The position numbers and the translations under genes are program-made. A stretch of DNA of 64,000 nucleotides from Alkalispirochaeta sp. (GTDB lineage Bacteria > Spirochaetota > Spirochaetia > DSM-27196 > Alkalispirochaetaceae): assembly GCA_965242725.1 (NCBI GenBank), contig CBDESZ010000018.1, positions 1-64,000 of the forward strand. Reading direction: 5' to 3'. The notes below the pieces were generated by a model, which saw only the letters and a program-made list of their open reading frames with translations, made no database searches and was not told where the DNA came from. Each line of letters opens with the position of its first letter. Position 1 is the stretch's first letter. This document shows, piece by piece, positions 20,564-31,246 of this stretch.

Positions 20564-22111
20564 ATGCCGAGAGAGAGGATACCTGTGAAACACATGCGCA
20601 AATTGCTTGCGCTCACCTACGAGAGCAAACTGGGGCTTCGGGACGTATCGCGACTCACCGGAGTATCGAAGACGACGATCAGTGAATACCTGGTGCGATT
20701 CAGACGCACCGGAATCAGCTTTGAGAAGAGCCTTGAGCTCACCGATGACGAACTGCTTGGCCTGTTCGAAGAGAAAAAGCAGGAAGAAAGCGAGCAGTAC
20801 ACGCAGGTGATGGCGCTCTTCCCGGAATACGCAAAACGGTTAAAGCGCCGGGGAATGACCAAGCAGCTGTTGTGGGAGGAGTACCGGACGCAGCACCCCG
20901 ACGGGTATCGCTACAGCCAGTTCTGTCACCACTTTGGCATGTTCCTGGAATCCGGCGAGGTCACCATGCGGCAACCTCACGAACCGGGAGACATGGCCTA
21001 CATCGATTACGCCGGTGAGACCTTCCCGTACTATCGAGACGGCGAAGAACAGCAGGCAGAGGTATTCGTTGCGGTACTCGGAGCAAGCCAACTCGCGTAT
21101 GTCGAAGCTGACGAGAGCCAGAAACAGGAAGCGTTTCTCCGTTCAACCGAGCGGGCGTTGCGCTATTTCGACGGAGTTCCCCGCGCTCTGGTACCGGATA
21201 ATCTGAAGGCGGCCGTGCTCAAGGCAAGCAAATACGAACCGGAAATCAATCCGCTGTTCGACGATTTTGCCGAGTATTACCGAACGACGGTTATTCCCGC
21301 CAGGGCATACAAACCAAAAGACAAGGCCCTGGCGGAGAACACCGTCAAATTAACCTACCAGCGGATTTTCGCCCCGCTGTACGGCAGGACGTTCCATTCG
21401 TTGGCTGAGCTCAACCAGGCCATCGCCGAACGCCTTGAGACCCACAATACTCGAGAATTGACCAAGCTGCAAATCTCTCGACGGCAGTTGTTTGAGGAGA
21501 TCGAACGATCGGCGCTGAAGACGCTGCCCAGCGCGCCGTATCCGATGAAATCCTTCGAGAACCACAAGGTTGCACCGGACTATCACTTTATCCTGTCGGA
21601 AGATAAGCACTACTACTCCGTTCCCTGGCAGTTGAAGGGTGTGCAGGTAAAGGTGATCTTCGATGAGCGTATCGTCGCGGTATATCACGACAACGTACGC
21701 GTTGCCCAGCACCGGCGCAGCCGGAAAAAAGGGCAGTACACGACAAAAGCCGAGCACATGCCCAAGCACCACCGGTTTTTTCAATCCTGGTCTGCCGAAA
21801 AGTTCACCTCCTGGGCCAATTCCATCGGAGAAGAGACGTTCCTGGTGATTTCTCGGCTCCTGAGCGATAAACCCCATGAGCAACAGGCATACAAGTCCTG
21901 TCTTGGGGTGCTGAATATGGCACAGGAAGTCGGTTCAGATCGACTGAACTTGGCCTGTCGACGAGCCCTTAACTACTCCAGAATCAGCTATCGGGATGTC
22001 CGTGGGTATCTGGACGAGATTTTGCGCCAGGAGAAGGATGATCACGAGGATGATCGGGTACTTCTTTTCACCGACCACAAGAATCTGCGTGATTCGGCAA
22101 TCTACAAGTAA
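20564..22111 (+). CDS. istA: IS21-family transposase IstA
   Basis: N-terminal HTH; LLWEEY..PDGYRYSQFC; DYAG, FDGVP..VPDNLK, KPKDKALAE (DDE); YYSVP. Confidence 0.96.
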   Translation: MPRERIPVKHMRKLLALTYESKLGLRDVSRLTGVSKTTISEYLVRFRRTGISFEKSLELTDDELLGLFEEKKQEESEQYTQVMALFPEYAKRLKRRGMTKQLLWEEYRTQHPDGYRYSQFCHHFGMFLESGEVTMRQPHEPGDMAYIDYAGETFPYYRDGEEQQAEVFVAVLGASQLAYVEADESQKQEAFLRSTERALRYFDGVPRALVPDNLKAAVLKASKYEPEINPLFDDFAEYYRTTVIPARAYKPKDKALAENTVKLTYQRIFAPLYGRTFHSLAELNQAIAERLETHNTRELTKLQISRRQLFEEIERSALKTLPSAPYPMKSFENHKVAPDYHFILSEDKHYYSVPWQLKGVQVKVIFDERIVAVYHDNVRVAQHRRSRKKGQYTTKAEHMPKHHRFFQSWSAEKFTSWANSIGEETFLVISRLLSDKPHEQQAYKSCLGVLNMAQEVGSDRLNLACRRALNYSRISYRDVRGYLDEILRQEKDDHEDDRVLLFTDHKNLRDSAIYK

Positions 22112-22113
22112 GG

Positions 22114-22863
22114 ATGAGCACCATGAACAATAATCAGGCAACGATCAACAGAATGACCGAGATGCGCCTGCATGGAATGGCCCAGGCGTTTCGCACGCTT
22201 CAGGAAACCGGAAAAACCATGGATCTCACCATCGACGAGACGATCACGTACCTGATCGACGCCGAATGGGATGAGAAGCACAACCGACGGCTCGATCGGC
22301 TTACCCGGGCTGCCCGGTTCCGCTACCAGGCTGCATTGGAAGATATCGACTACACCCTGGATCGGAATCTGGACAAGAACCAGATTCTTCGGCTCGCCGA
22401 CTGCTCGTGGATATCCCGGGGGCAGGATCTTCTCATCACCGGTCCAACCGGTTGTGGAAAAAGCTTTCTCGGATCAGCCTTCGGGCATCAGGCGTGCCAG
22501 CACGGCCATTCCGTGGCGTACTTTTCCGCATCTCGCCTGTTCAACGAAATCGAAGCGGCCAAGGCGGATGGAACATACCTGAAACATCTGACACGAATCA
22601 TGAAGAGCGCATTACTGCTCATCGACGACTTCGGCCTGGAGCCGCTCAACCATACCTCTCGAATGGCTCTCCTTGAAATCCTTGAGGACCGGCACCGACG
22701 GAAATCAACAATGATCATCTCTCAGCAACCGGTAGAGAACTGGCATGCCCTCATAGGCGACCCGACGATCGCCGACGCAATCATGGATCGGCTTGCATTT
22801 CATTCTCACCGAATTGAGATCACCGGCGACACGGTGAGGAGGAAACTCTATGCGGTAGATTGA
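22114..22863 (+). CDS. istB: IS21-family helper ATPase IstB
   Basis: Walker A GPTGCGKS, Walker B LLIDDFG, IADAIMDRL. Confidence 0.96.
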   Translation: MSTMNNNQATINRMTEMRLHGMAQAFRTLQETGKTMDLTIDETITYLIDAEWDEKHNRRLDRLTRAARFRYQAALEDIDYTLDRNLDKNQILRLADCSWISRGQDLLITGPTGCGKSFLGSAFGHQACQHGHSVAYFSASRLFNEIEAAKADGTYLKHLTRIMKSALLLIDDFGLEPLNHTSRMALLEILEDRHRRKSTMIISQQPVENWHALIGDPTIADAIMDRLAFHSHRIEITGDTVRRKLYAVD

Positions 22864-22981
22864 CCTGAAAACGGACAGCTGTTATGAGTGATGGCGAGGA
22901 TTTTGTTCCTTCAGGCAGCTGTCCGTTTTCGCCCGGAATCCCTGTCCGAAATCACCGGAGTACACATATATGGAGGCCTGC

Positions 22982-23455
22982 TTACAGGCGCTCCTGAATT
23001 CCCCGACCGAGCTTCTTACTCAAAGAGGTCAGAGTGTTTTGTTCTTCCGCAGTCAGAACCGCGGCACTCTCGGCAAAGCCGTGAGCTATTTGGGGGAAAT
23101 AGGCGGAAATCATCTTTTGACCTTCGTCGGTCAATGCGCAGACCACATATCTCCTGTCGGTTTCATGTGCGCGCCGTATGACCAGACCTCTCTTTACGAG
23201 GTGATCGATTACCACGCTGACATTACCCTTTGAGGTCAATAGTTTTCGTCCTACATCGGCCTGACACATAGGTCCCAGGTGATACAACGCCTCAAGCACG
23301 CCGAACTGGGTCAGCGTGACGGAATCAGGCAGAGGTGCAACCGCGGTCGCCCCTTTTTGCATCCAATCAGCAGCACGACTGAGCGCGATAAACAAATCAA
23401 GAGCCCGTCGTTCCCCTTCGGGGCCGTTATGTCTGGTCGACAAATTCCTACCCAT
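22982..23455 (-). CDS. MarR-family transcriptional regulator (MhqR-like)
   Basis: LTQFGVLEALYHLGP, GNVSVVIDHLVKRGLV, DRR..LTDEG. Confidence 0.92.
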   Translation of the reverse strand: MGRNLSTRHNGPEGERRALDLFIALSRAADWMQKGATAVAPLPDSVTLTQFGVLEALYHLGPMCQADVGRKLLTSKGNVSVVIDHLVKRGLVIRRAHETDRRYVVCALTDEGQKMISAYFPQIAHGFAESAAVLTAEEQNTLTSLSKKLGRGIQERL

Positions 23456-23501
23456 CCTTTCTCCACGAGACGATATTCGCCGGCCGGCAGGCTCGTGGAT
23501 A

Positions 23502-23529
23502 GTTCAATATCGAACGTTCAACGTAGAAC
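23502..23529. promoter_or_regulatory. Tandem palindromic operators upstream of marR
   Basis: GTTCAATATCGAAC directly followed by GTTCAACGTAGAAC (GTTC-N6-GAAC x2); minus-strand TTGACG at 23556-23561. Confidence 0.65.
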
Positions 23530-23589
23530 TAATAGATAATAACATCACGCCGAATCGTCAAGTAGTTCAGTATACCTTTTGGGAGTGAT

Positions 23590-23620
23590 ACCCCTGCGAC
23601 CCGCGAAGGCTCGCAGGGGT
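23590..23620 (-). terminator. Hairpin downstream of metA
   Basis: ACCCCTGCGA...TCGCAGGGGT inverted repeat just after the metA stop; weak U-tail. Confidence 0.5.
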
Positions 23621-23628
23621 GGCCGCAC

Positions 23629-24558
23629 CTACCGCCGAATTTCCGGGATCTGGGCGAGGTCGTACGGTGTTGCCTGGTACACGTGATAGTTGAGCCAATT
23701 GGCGAAAAAAAGATGCGCATGGGCGCGCCATGTCGGAACGGGCGACTCCGTCGGGTCGTCGCCGGGAAAGTAGTGCTCAGGTACGGCGGTATTGAGTCCC
23801 CGTTCCATGTCCCGCCTGTACTCAAGGGCGAGGGTTTCCGCTTCGTATTCCAAATGTCCCGTGATAAAAACCTGTCGACCCTCAAAGGCTGAAAGAACGC
23901 ACACTCCCGCCTCCTCTGACGTGGCCAGCACTTCCAGTTCCGGTCGTTTTTTCACGTCCTCCAGTCTGATTTCGGTATATCGCGAATGCGGTACCGGAAA
24001 GCGGTCGTCAAAACCGCGGAAAAGGGGATGGTGATCATCAAGACGGTCGTGCTGAAATACGCCGAAGAGCTTCTCCGGAAGCGGATACTTCTGAACACTG
24101 TAGTGGTAGTAGAGCCCCGCCTGGGCGCCCCAGCAAATATGGAGTGTGGAATAGACATTTGCCAGGCTGTACTCCATGATCGCCGCGAGTTCATTCCAGT
24201 AGTCCACGTCTTCAAAGGGGATTGTTTCCACGGGAGCGCCGGTAATGACCATACCGTCGTAACGCTCCCGCCGAATGTGTTCCAGTGAGGTATAAAACCG
24301 GTCGAGATGCTCCGGATCGGTGTTTCGCGACTCGTGAGAGGTGGTATGAACCAGATCGATATCGACCTGCAACGGAGAGTTACTCAACAGCCGTAACAAT
24401 TGCGTCTCCGTAGCTACTTTGGTGGGCATCAGGTTTACAATGGCAATCTTGAGAGGGCGAATATCCTGATGGACCGCCCGCTCCTCGGTCATGACAAAGA
24501 TATTCTCCCGTTCAAGATGTTCCCGGGCGGGAAGAGCGTCTGGAATATTGATTGGCAT
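23629..24558 (-). CDS. metA: MetA-family homoserine O-acyltransferase (probably acetyl-specific)
   Basis: [61 protein letters not shown]. Confidence 0.96.
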   Translation of the reverse strand: MPINIPDALPAREHLERENIFVMTEERAVHQDIRPLKIAIVNLMPTKVATETQLLRLLSNSPLQVDIDLVHTTSHESRNTDPEHLDRFYTSLEHIRRERYDGMVITGAPVETIPFEDVDYWNELAAIMEYSLANVYSTLHICWGAQAGLYYHYSVQKYPLPEKLFGVFQHDRLDDHHPLFRGFDDRFPVPHSRYTEIRLEDVKKRPELEVLATSEEAGVCVLSAFEGRQVFITGHLEYEAETLALEYRRDMERGLNTAVPEHYFPGDDPTESPVPTWRAHAHLFFANWLNYHVYQATPYDLAQIPEIRR

Positions 24559-24627
24559 AGCGCCTCCTTTGCATGCGACGACGCCCCCGACCGTATACGC
24601 CGGGGCGTGCGGGCGGAGGCGGCGAGA

Positions 24628-24690
24628 TTACGGCTTGAACATCATCATAGTTTCGTATGCCGCTTCGCGGCACCCGAAATGAGAAAACAT
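24628..24690 (-). CDS. Putative metA leader peptide MFSHFGCREAAYETMMMFKP
   Basis: 20-codon ORF with ATG ATG ATG at 24640-24648, ending 69 nt upstream of metA; SD weak. Confidence 0.5.
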   Translation of the reverse strand: MFSHFGCREAAYETMMMFKP

Positions 24691-24986
24691 CCGGCGGACG
24701 CCGTCTATTTTCGTATTCGTGCTCAGAAATACCACACATAAAAAATAGACCGTCTCGGCGGGAGAGGCAAGAGGTTCCCACGCCTGATTTTCGTCCTGTG
24801 TTGCCGTGCCTGCATTGCCGCTGGAGAGAAATCAAAAATTAAAAAAGATATTGCCAATATATAGCAGCGGAGCGATAATACACTGTTTAATTACTCGGCC
24901 TACCGTGCCTGCCTTCTTGTAATACAGACCGACTGCGGAGTTCTCCCGGCCCATGCGGCATCGCCGACCAACGAGGAGGATTCGCC

Positions 24987-27900
24987 ATGCACCGAATTCT
25001 TACTGTCATATCCGTTTTTATCGCGTTTTCATTGTTGACCTGTGTCCAGCCGTTTGACAACAGGGACGGGGGTGGCGGCGGAGGTACCCCTCCCGCGGCG
25101 TCCGGCGTAGTTGTCGGAAAAGCCCTCTACCAGGGAGAGATTGACCATTCCGGTATCGTCGTTTCAATTGAAGAGGTGAACGGGATCGCGACGGCATCCA
25201 TGGACAAGTCGATTCAATCGTTTTCAATTTCGACCGCTGCCCTGGCCGGTCAGACAACAACCGCCGCGGATGGTTCATTCAGAATCGATGAGCTGCCGGC
25301 TGGGGAATATACGGTGTACGCGTCAAGTCCCAGTACGGTCGAACGGGCCGTCGTGACGAACGTCGCGGTCGTAGCAGGTACAACGGCAACCATTGAAGAC
25401 CTTCATCTCACACCGACCGGGACGATATCGGGGACGGTGGTAAACAACGATGCGGGGGAACTTGGCTGGATCGTTGCAGTAGCCGGTACGTCGTATCTCG
25501 CCATGACCGATTCCACCGGTGCGTTTGTCATATCCGGTGTTCCCACGGGTGAGGACTATCCGATCGTCATTGCCCGGGGTGACCACCGGTTTGTTGGATT
25601 CTACGCCGATGTCAAGGCGAGAGAAAATACCGAGCTGGCGGGTCTCCAGGTTTCCACGGAGGCATCGGTCAGGTGGGACGCGGACAACGGCCTGCCCGAA
25701 CCATCGGACGGCAATCGCGGCGACTTTTATCTGGACCTCGATACGGGGTTTATGTACCAGAAAGGGGGTGAAGGTTGGGAGGTTACGGTCGATCTGACGG
25801 GGCCTGTTGGCCCCGCGGGGCCGCAAGGACCTGCCGGTCCCCAGGGGGAAGATGGACCGCAGGGTGAAGAAGGCCCGCAGGGCCCGCAAGGCGATAGCGG
25901 ACAACAGGGGGACGATGGTCCTCAGGGTGAAGAAGGCCCACAGGGCCCGCAAGGTCCCACCGGCCCAACAGGTCCTACCGGCCCCCAGGGTGAGCCGGGA
26001 ATCTCGATCGTCTGGAAAGGCACCGGTGCCCGCCATCCATCTGATCCGGTACTCAATTGGGCGTATTACAACTACGTTGAAGGCGTTAGTTTCATTTATG
26101 ACGGAACGACGTGGCAAGTCATAGCCCGTAACGGAATACTTCCCGGGTTTGACGACTATGTGGAGAGACAGACCGGCATGGCGGGAGGGTATGGCGATTT
26201 TGTGATCGACAACGGCCGGGAAGTGTCTTCTCTCTCGGAACAGAAGCTTGATCTCTATTTCGGCGACATCGAACGGACCGTCACGGAGCCGCTCCATGAT
26301 GCCCTCCGTTCCGGATATACCTACATGCACTACGGTATGATCTCCGGAGAGGACGGCGGAGTGATTGTGATGGCAAAGGACGCCGAAGCGGAGTTCTTCC
26401 TCGTCAAGTTTGTGGCCTCCCGGGTGATTGACGCCGTTCCCGGTATCCTGTTTGTCGGAGGTGGTGACGGAGAATATCTCACCGTCAACGAAGCCCTTCT
26501 CGACGCCGCCCGGGGTGATATCATTTACGTCGACGCGGGAACGTACCATGAACAGATAACCGTGAAGAAACGGGTTTCCGTGATAGGAAGCGGAAGCGGT
26601 CATGACGGCACGGTCATTCAACTTGCAGAAACCGACGCCGACTGGAATACCGAGTTGGGAGTGATACAACTCGACGCCTCCGGCTTGTCACCACAGAAAC
26701 CAATCCTCTTCAAGGATCTCCGTGTCGAAGTTGACGGGATGGCAGGTTTTTCCGTGGGGACACACAACGACGCCACCTACACAGAGATCGCTTACATCAC
26801 CCTTGACAACGTAACGGTGACGGGCACCAACGTTCCGGATACCGAAAAGGAACGGGGATTCTATGTCGATACCACGTCAACCCTCCGTCATCTCACCGTC
26901 ACCGGTTCAACCTTTGAAAACCTTACCTACGGCTGGTATTTCCACAAAGCGATGAGCAGTGACGACAGTACCGTCGAGTACGTCACCGTTACGGACACGG
27001 TCTTCAGACATAACAACATCAAGGGTATCTATGCGGAGAAACTGTCCGAGGCGACCTTCAGGGAGTGTTCGGTTGAAGGGAACGGTTTTACCACCGTCGG
27101 CGTACCCGCCATCCGCCAAACATGGCTGGCGGGAATTGATATCAATCTCAAGGCGGGAGACTATCGGAACCTTCGTTTTTATGACGTCGCGGTGACGGGG
27201 AACGGATATGTGGAAGACGGCTCCACCGGTGCACGAGAAGGAGCGGGCGTCACGATCAAGGCGCGGGGCAGCGGTGACGATACATCCTACGCCGCCAATC
27301 CAGCCACACTGGACGACGTTCTTATCGACGGCGGTATCTTTACGGGAAACGAGCGGGGGATCCGCATCGGTGAGCCCGGAACAAATAACACCGGCCCCAC
27401 CGGAGTTGTCGTCAGGAATGCACATATCTACGGCAACAGCCGGAGTTACACCGGCGACGACGGTACGGGCTACGGCGACCTGGTCAACCTCGCCGCCGTT
27501 CCGGAATGGGAGCTCAACGGACGAAACAACTACTGGGGCAGCCCGAGCGGTCCGGCGGGGGCCGTCGTGAGCGGGGCGATGGACGTCTCCCGCTGGTATG
27601 AACATGCATCCATGGTGCGGCTGCGCGATTACAACGTCTTCAATACAACAGCCGACACGGGGTTTACCACAATCCAGGCGGCCATAGACGATGCCGATCC
27701 CTACGACGTCGTTCAGGTGCGTCCCGGTCTCTACGCGGAACGGTTGTCGATCACGAAACCTGTCACCCTGTACGGCGCGACCCATGACCTGAACAAAAAC
27801 GGATACCCCGTTCCTTCAGGGTACGGATGGAACACCTCGGTGGAGAGCGTCATCACCAATCCCGACCCGGCTCTGAGTATCTCCAATGTGGTGGACATAG

Positions 27901-28892
27901 TCGACACCGACGATGTCACCTTCAAGGGGTTTGTGGTGCAGAGCCTGAACGCACTGTCCGGCTCGGCCAACGATCACCTCATACGGATCTACGCCGATAA
28001 TGCGCCCGTATCAAATGTCACCATTTCCAACAACGTCATCGGACCAAACACCAATGTCGACTCCCAGGACGGCACCGCCGGGCGGATGGGACTGTACCTC
28101 GCCATGCCCAATAAAACCGACGACGAAAACGACATCAGTTTCAGTACGATTTCGGGAAACAAGATCATCGACGCCAGAGGCAACGGGAACAACGTGTTCA
28201 TCTGGGGCGGCGCGGCAAACTACAACGGCGAAGCCCGGGGAGACCTTACGGGGACGGTCATCGAAGACAACGAAATTTCAGGCAGCCATCGCAGCGGTAT
28301 CGAGATCGCCGGGTCCGCCGATAACCTCACCATCAGGGACAACTGGATACACGACAACAGCGGAAATCCCGAAGATGACCCGGCCAACCTTGTATACGGC
28401 AACGGTATCGTCATCATTCGTATGGGCAGCGACAAGGGCCGCACCGACGGTGAGGGTCCCGTGAATATCACTATTCAGGATAACGATATCTACGACAACG
28501 AGAAAAACGGAATCTACATGGGACCTGTCAATGTGGCGCACACAATCAGGGACAATCATATTCACGGCAACGGCTGGGACGCGATACGGTTTGATCTTGA
28601 AGAGGAGTATTACGGAGAGGCGGCGGTGCCGATTTACGACGCAATCGTTTCTGACGACGACATGATTAATCTCACGGACAACGCGCTCCTCGCGGCGGAC
28701 GGCTACTTCGGATTCCGAATCAATTATATTATAGGGGAGGTACGGCTTGGTCGTGACTACCTCGTCTCGGCGGAAGGAAACGACTGGGGTGATCCCAGCG
28801 GCCCCGAGCACGACGAAAATCCCGACGGCACGGGCAGTCCCGCAAGTCCCGAGGTTGATATCAGCAAGGACTACGGAGACGGGGTACCTTGA
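24987..28892 (+). CDS. Large surface lipoprotein: carboxypeptidase-regulatory-like domains, collagen-like stalk, right-handed beta-helix repeats
   Basis: Lipobox [25 protein letters not shown] run; TIQAAID/GTYHE/I.DN.I.GN parallel beta-helix motifs; SD GAGGAGG. Confidence 0.85.
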   Translation: MHRILTVISVFIAFSLLTCVQPFDNRDGGGGGGTPPAASGVVVGKALYQGEIDHSGIVVSIEEVNGIATASMDKSIQSFSISTAALAGQTTTAADGSFRIDELPAGEYTVYASSPSTVERAVVTNVAVVAGTTATIEDLHLTPTGTISGTVVNNDAGELGWIVAVAGTSYLAMTDSTGAFVISGVPTGEDYPIVIARGDHRFVGFYADVKARENTELAGLQVSTEASVRWDADNGLPEPSDGNRGDFYLDLDTGFMYQKGGEGWEVTVDLTGPVGPAGPQGPAGPQGEDGPQGEEGPQGPQGDSGQQGDDGPQGEEGPQGPQGPTGPTGPTGPQGEPGISIVWKGTGARHPSDPVLNWAYYNYVEGVSFIYDGTTWQVIARNGILPGFDDYVERQTGMAGGYGDFVIDNGREVSSLSEQKLDLYFGDIERTVTEPLHDALRSGYTYMHYGMISGEDGGVIVMAKDAEAEFFLVKFVASRVIDAVPGILFVGGGDGEYLTVNEALLDAARGDIIYVDAGTYHEQITVKKRVSVIGSGSGHDGTVIQLAETDADWNTELGVIQLDASGLSPQKPILFKDLRVEVDGMAGFSVGTHNDATYTEIAYITLDNVTVTGTNVPDTEKERGFYVDTTSTLRHLTVTGSTFENLTYGWYFHKAMSSDDSTVEYVTVTDTVFRHNNIKGIYAEKLSEATFRECSVEGNGFTTVGVPAIRQTWLAGIDINLKAGDYRNLRFYDVAVTGNGYVEDGSTGAREGAGVTIKARGSGDDTSYAANPATLDDVLIDGGIFTGNERGIRIGEPGTNNTGPTGVVVRNAHIYGNSRSYTGDDGTGYGDLVNLAAVPEWELNGRNNYWGSPSGPAGAVVSGAMDVSRWYEHASMVRLRDYNVFNTTADTGFTTIQAAIDDADPYDVVQVRPGLYAERLSITKPVTLYGATHDLNKNGYPVPSGYGWNTSVESVITNPDPALSISNVVDIVDTDDVTFKGFVVQSLNALSGSANDHLIRIYADNAPVSNVTISNNVIGPNTNVDSQDGTAGRMGLYLAMPNKTDDENDISFSTISGNKIIDARGNGNNVFIWGGAANYNGEARGDLTGTVIEDNEISGSHRSGIEIAGSADNLTIRDNWIHDNSGNPEDDPANLVYGNGIVIIRMGSDKGRTDGEGPVNITIQDNDIYDNEKNGIYMGPVNVAHTIRDNHIHGNGWDAIRFDLEEEYYGEAAVPIYDAIVSDDDMINLTDNALLAADGYFGFRINYIIGEVRLGRDYLVSAEGNDWGDPSGPEHDENPDGTGSPASPEVDISKDYGDGVP
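25800..26000 (+). repeat. Collagen-like Gly-X-Y repeat coding region
   Basis: About 22 consecutive triplets (GPV GPA GPQ ... GEP G) with an internal duplication of [14 protein letters not shown]. Confidence 0.9.
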
Positions 28893-28991
28893 CTTGCTGA
28901 AAGACAGTGACCCGGTGACGCCGGAACGATGAGACCGGTACCACGGCGCCGTTCCGGTCACGCCACCACAACGGGAGAGGAGGATGCGACG

Positions 28992-29912
28992 ATGAAAGTC
29001 CAAAGACATGGGGTTCCCCTTGCCCCGAGGGTGGTCTTTCTCACCCTCGTCCTCGCTGTATTGTTTACCGTCGCAGTCGATGCCCAGAGCGAGGTGTTTA
29101 CCATCGATCCCGACACGACGTACCTGATCGTCCAGTTTGACGGGCCTGAGTTCATAGGAAAAATCGTCTCCATGGACGCCCGGGAGATCGTCGTCGAGAC
29201 CGGATCGTTCGGAGAGGTGGCGATTCCGCGCCACCTTATACAGGAGATACGGGAAGTCGGTCCTGGGCGAAACCGGGCGACAGAGGACGCGGTGGGGGAG
29301 GAGGTCTTTGCTACGCGCTACCTCTTTACGACCAACGGTCTCCCCATCGCGGCGGGGGACCACTATTTCATGCTCAGCCCGCTCGGGCCGGATATACAGT
29401 TCGCCGTGGCAAAGAACTTCGGAATCGGCCTCATTTCGACGTGGGCCGGGGTGCCCCTCATCCTGTCTACAAAATACTCGCATTCCCTCGCACCGCGTGC
29501 CCATGTCGCCGTCGGGGCGCTCATCGGCTCGGGTACGTACTTTGATCCCGATCTTGCCCTTGCATTGCCCTTCGGTTCGCTGACACTGGGTGACAGGCGG
29601 TACAACGTGACCCTTTCCGGCGGTTACGGGTATTTGACAAACGGCAGCATCGGCACCGTCGACGCGGATGATATTGAGCCCGGCGGCTATACCCTGGTCT
29701 CGGTCGCAGGCATGGCCAGGCTCGTACGCAACCTCACGGTCGTGTTTGACACCTTCATCGTTCCTGAAATCCCCGGTGCAATTCTCGCGATCCCCATGAT
29801 ACGTTGGCAGAACAAACCCGACCGGGCGTGGCAATTCGGTTTTGTCGGCGCCGTCGGTGCGGACGAATACGCCCTGCCCACGCCGTTCATACAGTGGTTC
29901 CGGAAGATATAA
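28992..29912 (+). CDS. Hypothetical secreted protein, possible outer-membrane beta-barrel
   Basis: Signal peptide AVDA-Q, alternating hydrophobic strands, aromatic-rich C-terminus; SD GAGGAGG. Confidence 0.6.
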   Translation: MKVQRHGVPLAPRVVFLTLVLAVLFTVAVDAQSEVFTIDPDTTYLIVQFDGPEFIGKIVSMDAREIVVETGSFGEVAIPRHLIQEIREVGPGRNRATEDAVGEEVFATRYLFTTNGLPIAAGDHYFMLSPLGPDIQFAVAKNFGIGLISTWAGVPLILSTKYSHSLAPRAHVAVGALIGSGTYFDPDLALALPFGSLTLGDRRYNVTLSGGYGYLTNGSIGTVDADDIEPGGYTLVSVAGMARLVRNLTVVFDTFIVPEIPGAILAIPMIRWQNKPDRAWQFGFVGAVGADEYALPTPFIQWFRKI

Positions 29913-29921
29913 ACTGATACC

Positions 29922-30608
29922 TCAGCCGAACCAGCCCCGGCCGATTCTGTTTTCGATAACAGCGGTCAGGGTTTTCACGTTGTCAATAGATGTCGGCAGA
30001 TCCTGTTCCGGACTCTCAAAGATGTGCCCGGCGTTCCGGAAAACTTCCCAGTGGACGTTGGAGTAGTCTTTCGTCGATTGAATCAAGGCGTCGTCATAGT
30101 ATGGATCGTTTTTCCCGATCGCAAAAAAACCGTTGGTTCCGGTGGCAACGATATGCTGCACCAATTTCCGCTGAAATTCCGTCGGTGTGAGAATGATGTG
30201 GGATATGCGATCAAAGTGCGGTGAGAGGTCACCGTCTTCGATGAGATAATGAAGAGCCGCCGTTCCAAGCGACTTTCCCATCAGGCATAGAGATTTGGTG
30301 GAGATATTCGATACGATGTACTCTCGAATCAACGTCGCCTCGGCACGGATCTGCTCGTCCGCTTCCGTCTCGTCAAGATCGATAAAACCGGGAATCTCGT
30401 TGTACCGATAGTCAAAGGCGACGACGTCCCATCGATGTTTCAAAAATGCTATCCGCGGATAGAACATCGCCGGGGCCTCCGAAGAGTATCGATACCCCGG
30501 TAGTACAATAAGAGTCTTGTCCGACGGGCCGTCGCCGGCCGGAGCGGTGGTGATCCGTATTTCATGGTCCCCGATACCCGCTATCGTATTTGTGCTGACG
30601 TATCCCAT
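29922..30608 (-). CDS. Alpha/beta hydrolase family protein
   Basis: LPGYRY, nucleophile GKSLGT, GKNDPY, AGH; SD GAGGAGG. Confidence 0.85.
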   Translation of the reverse strand: MGYVSTNTIAGIGDHEIRITTAPAGDGPSDKTLIVLPGYRYSSEAPAMFYPRIAFLKHRWDVVAFDYRYNEIPGFIDLDETEADEQIRAEATLIREYIVSNISTKSLCLMGKSLGTAALHYLIEDGDLSPHFDRISHIILTPTEFQRKLVQHIVATGTNGFFAIGKNDPYYDDALIQSTKDYSNVHWEVFRNAGHIFESPEQDLPTSIDNVKTLTAVIENRIGRGWFG

Positions 30609-30679
30609 CACATTCCTCCTCGCCGGACGTTCGCTGCGATGACGTATGGGCAAGACGCTATGTATCCGTGATGGATATC

Positions 30680-31246
30680 CTATCCTCTTGATTCCTCAAT
30701 TGACAGGACTCTCCATGCGGCAAAAGCCTCTTCTTCTCTCAGAACGCTGAGTACTTCCTGCCGGGTAGGTGGTTGAGTTGTATTGAATTGTATGCGCATC
30801 CAGTTTGTGGACGAGTTCGGGTCTTTTTTATACAACGTGATGGTCGGTGATGTAGGTGAAATCGTGATTGCCCCGGCCTCCAGGATAAAGGGATAATAAA
30901 TGTCACGTCTGCTCCCCATTCCGCCTTCCTTATAGACGAACTGATACCTGCTCAGGGTATATCGTCCTGGTTCAAGCCCCGTAATAATCCTCATGTCCGT
31001 ACCGGCATAGACTTTGACTGTCCTGCTGACCGAAGGGTCATCGATCCCTGTGACGGTAATTTCATAATATCCAAAAGTGGAAGAGCTGCCGGAACGGGAA
31101 ACCCTGATTACCGGCAATACAAATGCCGTATCTGAAGGATCAGCTGGTTGCGGCAGCGTAGTGCATCCTGCCAATGCGGTAAGGGCGATTGCTATGAGAA
31201 TACCGGTCATAACGACCCGCCTCAGCATTTTCGTGGTAGGTCTCAT
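30680..31246 (-). CDS. Hypothetical lipoprotein
   Basis: Lipobox LAGC; overlaps the upstream lipoprotein stop by 4 bp. Confidence 0.75.
   Translation of the reverse strand: MRPTTKMLRRVVMTGILIAIALTALAGCTTLPQPADPSDTAFVLPVIRVSRSGSSSTFGYYEITVTGIDDPSVSRTVKVYAGTDMRIITGLEPGRYTLSRYQFVYKEGGMGSRRDIYYPFILEAGAITISPTSPTITLYKKDPNSSTNWMRIQFNTTQPPTRQEVLSVLREEEAFAAWRVLSIEESRG

Larger units (their letters stand above)
20364..22966 (+). mobile_element. Complete IS21-family insertion sequence (2603 bp)
   Basis: Terminal IRs TGTGTACACCGG / CCGGAGTACACA (TG...CA); subterminal CCGG-N7-CGGACA repeats; 5-bp target duplication TATAT (20359-20363 and 22967-22971); istA and istB. Confidence 0.95.

Noticed and set aside
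24559..24840. SAM riboswitch or T-box upstream of metA
   Set aside because: No AUC.AGA..GAGGGA/GCAACC core, no T-box GGUGG.ACC motif and no U-tailed terminator seen
24987..28892. Prophage remnant suggested by tail-fibre-like modules
   Set aside because: The protein has a lipoprotein signal, and there are no capsid, terminase, integrase or other phage genes in the window
25323..29834. Long antisense ORFs (25323-26669, 26907-27785, 28278-29834)
   Set aside because: Shadows of well-supported plus-strand genes in GC-rich DNA; no motifs or RBS
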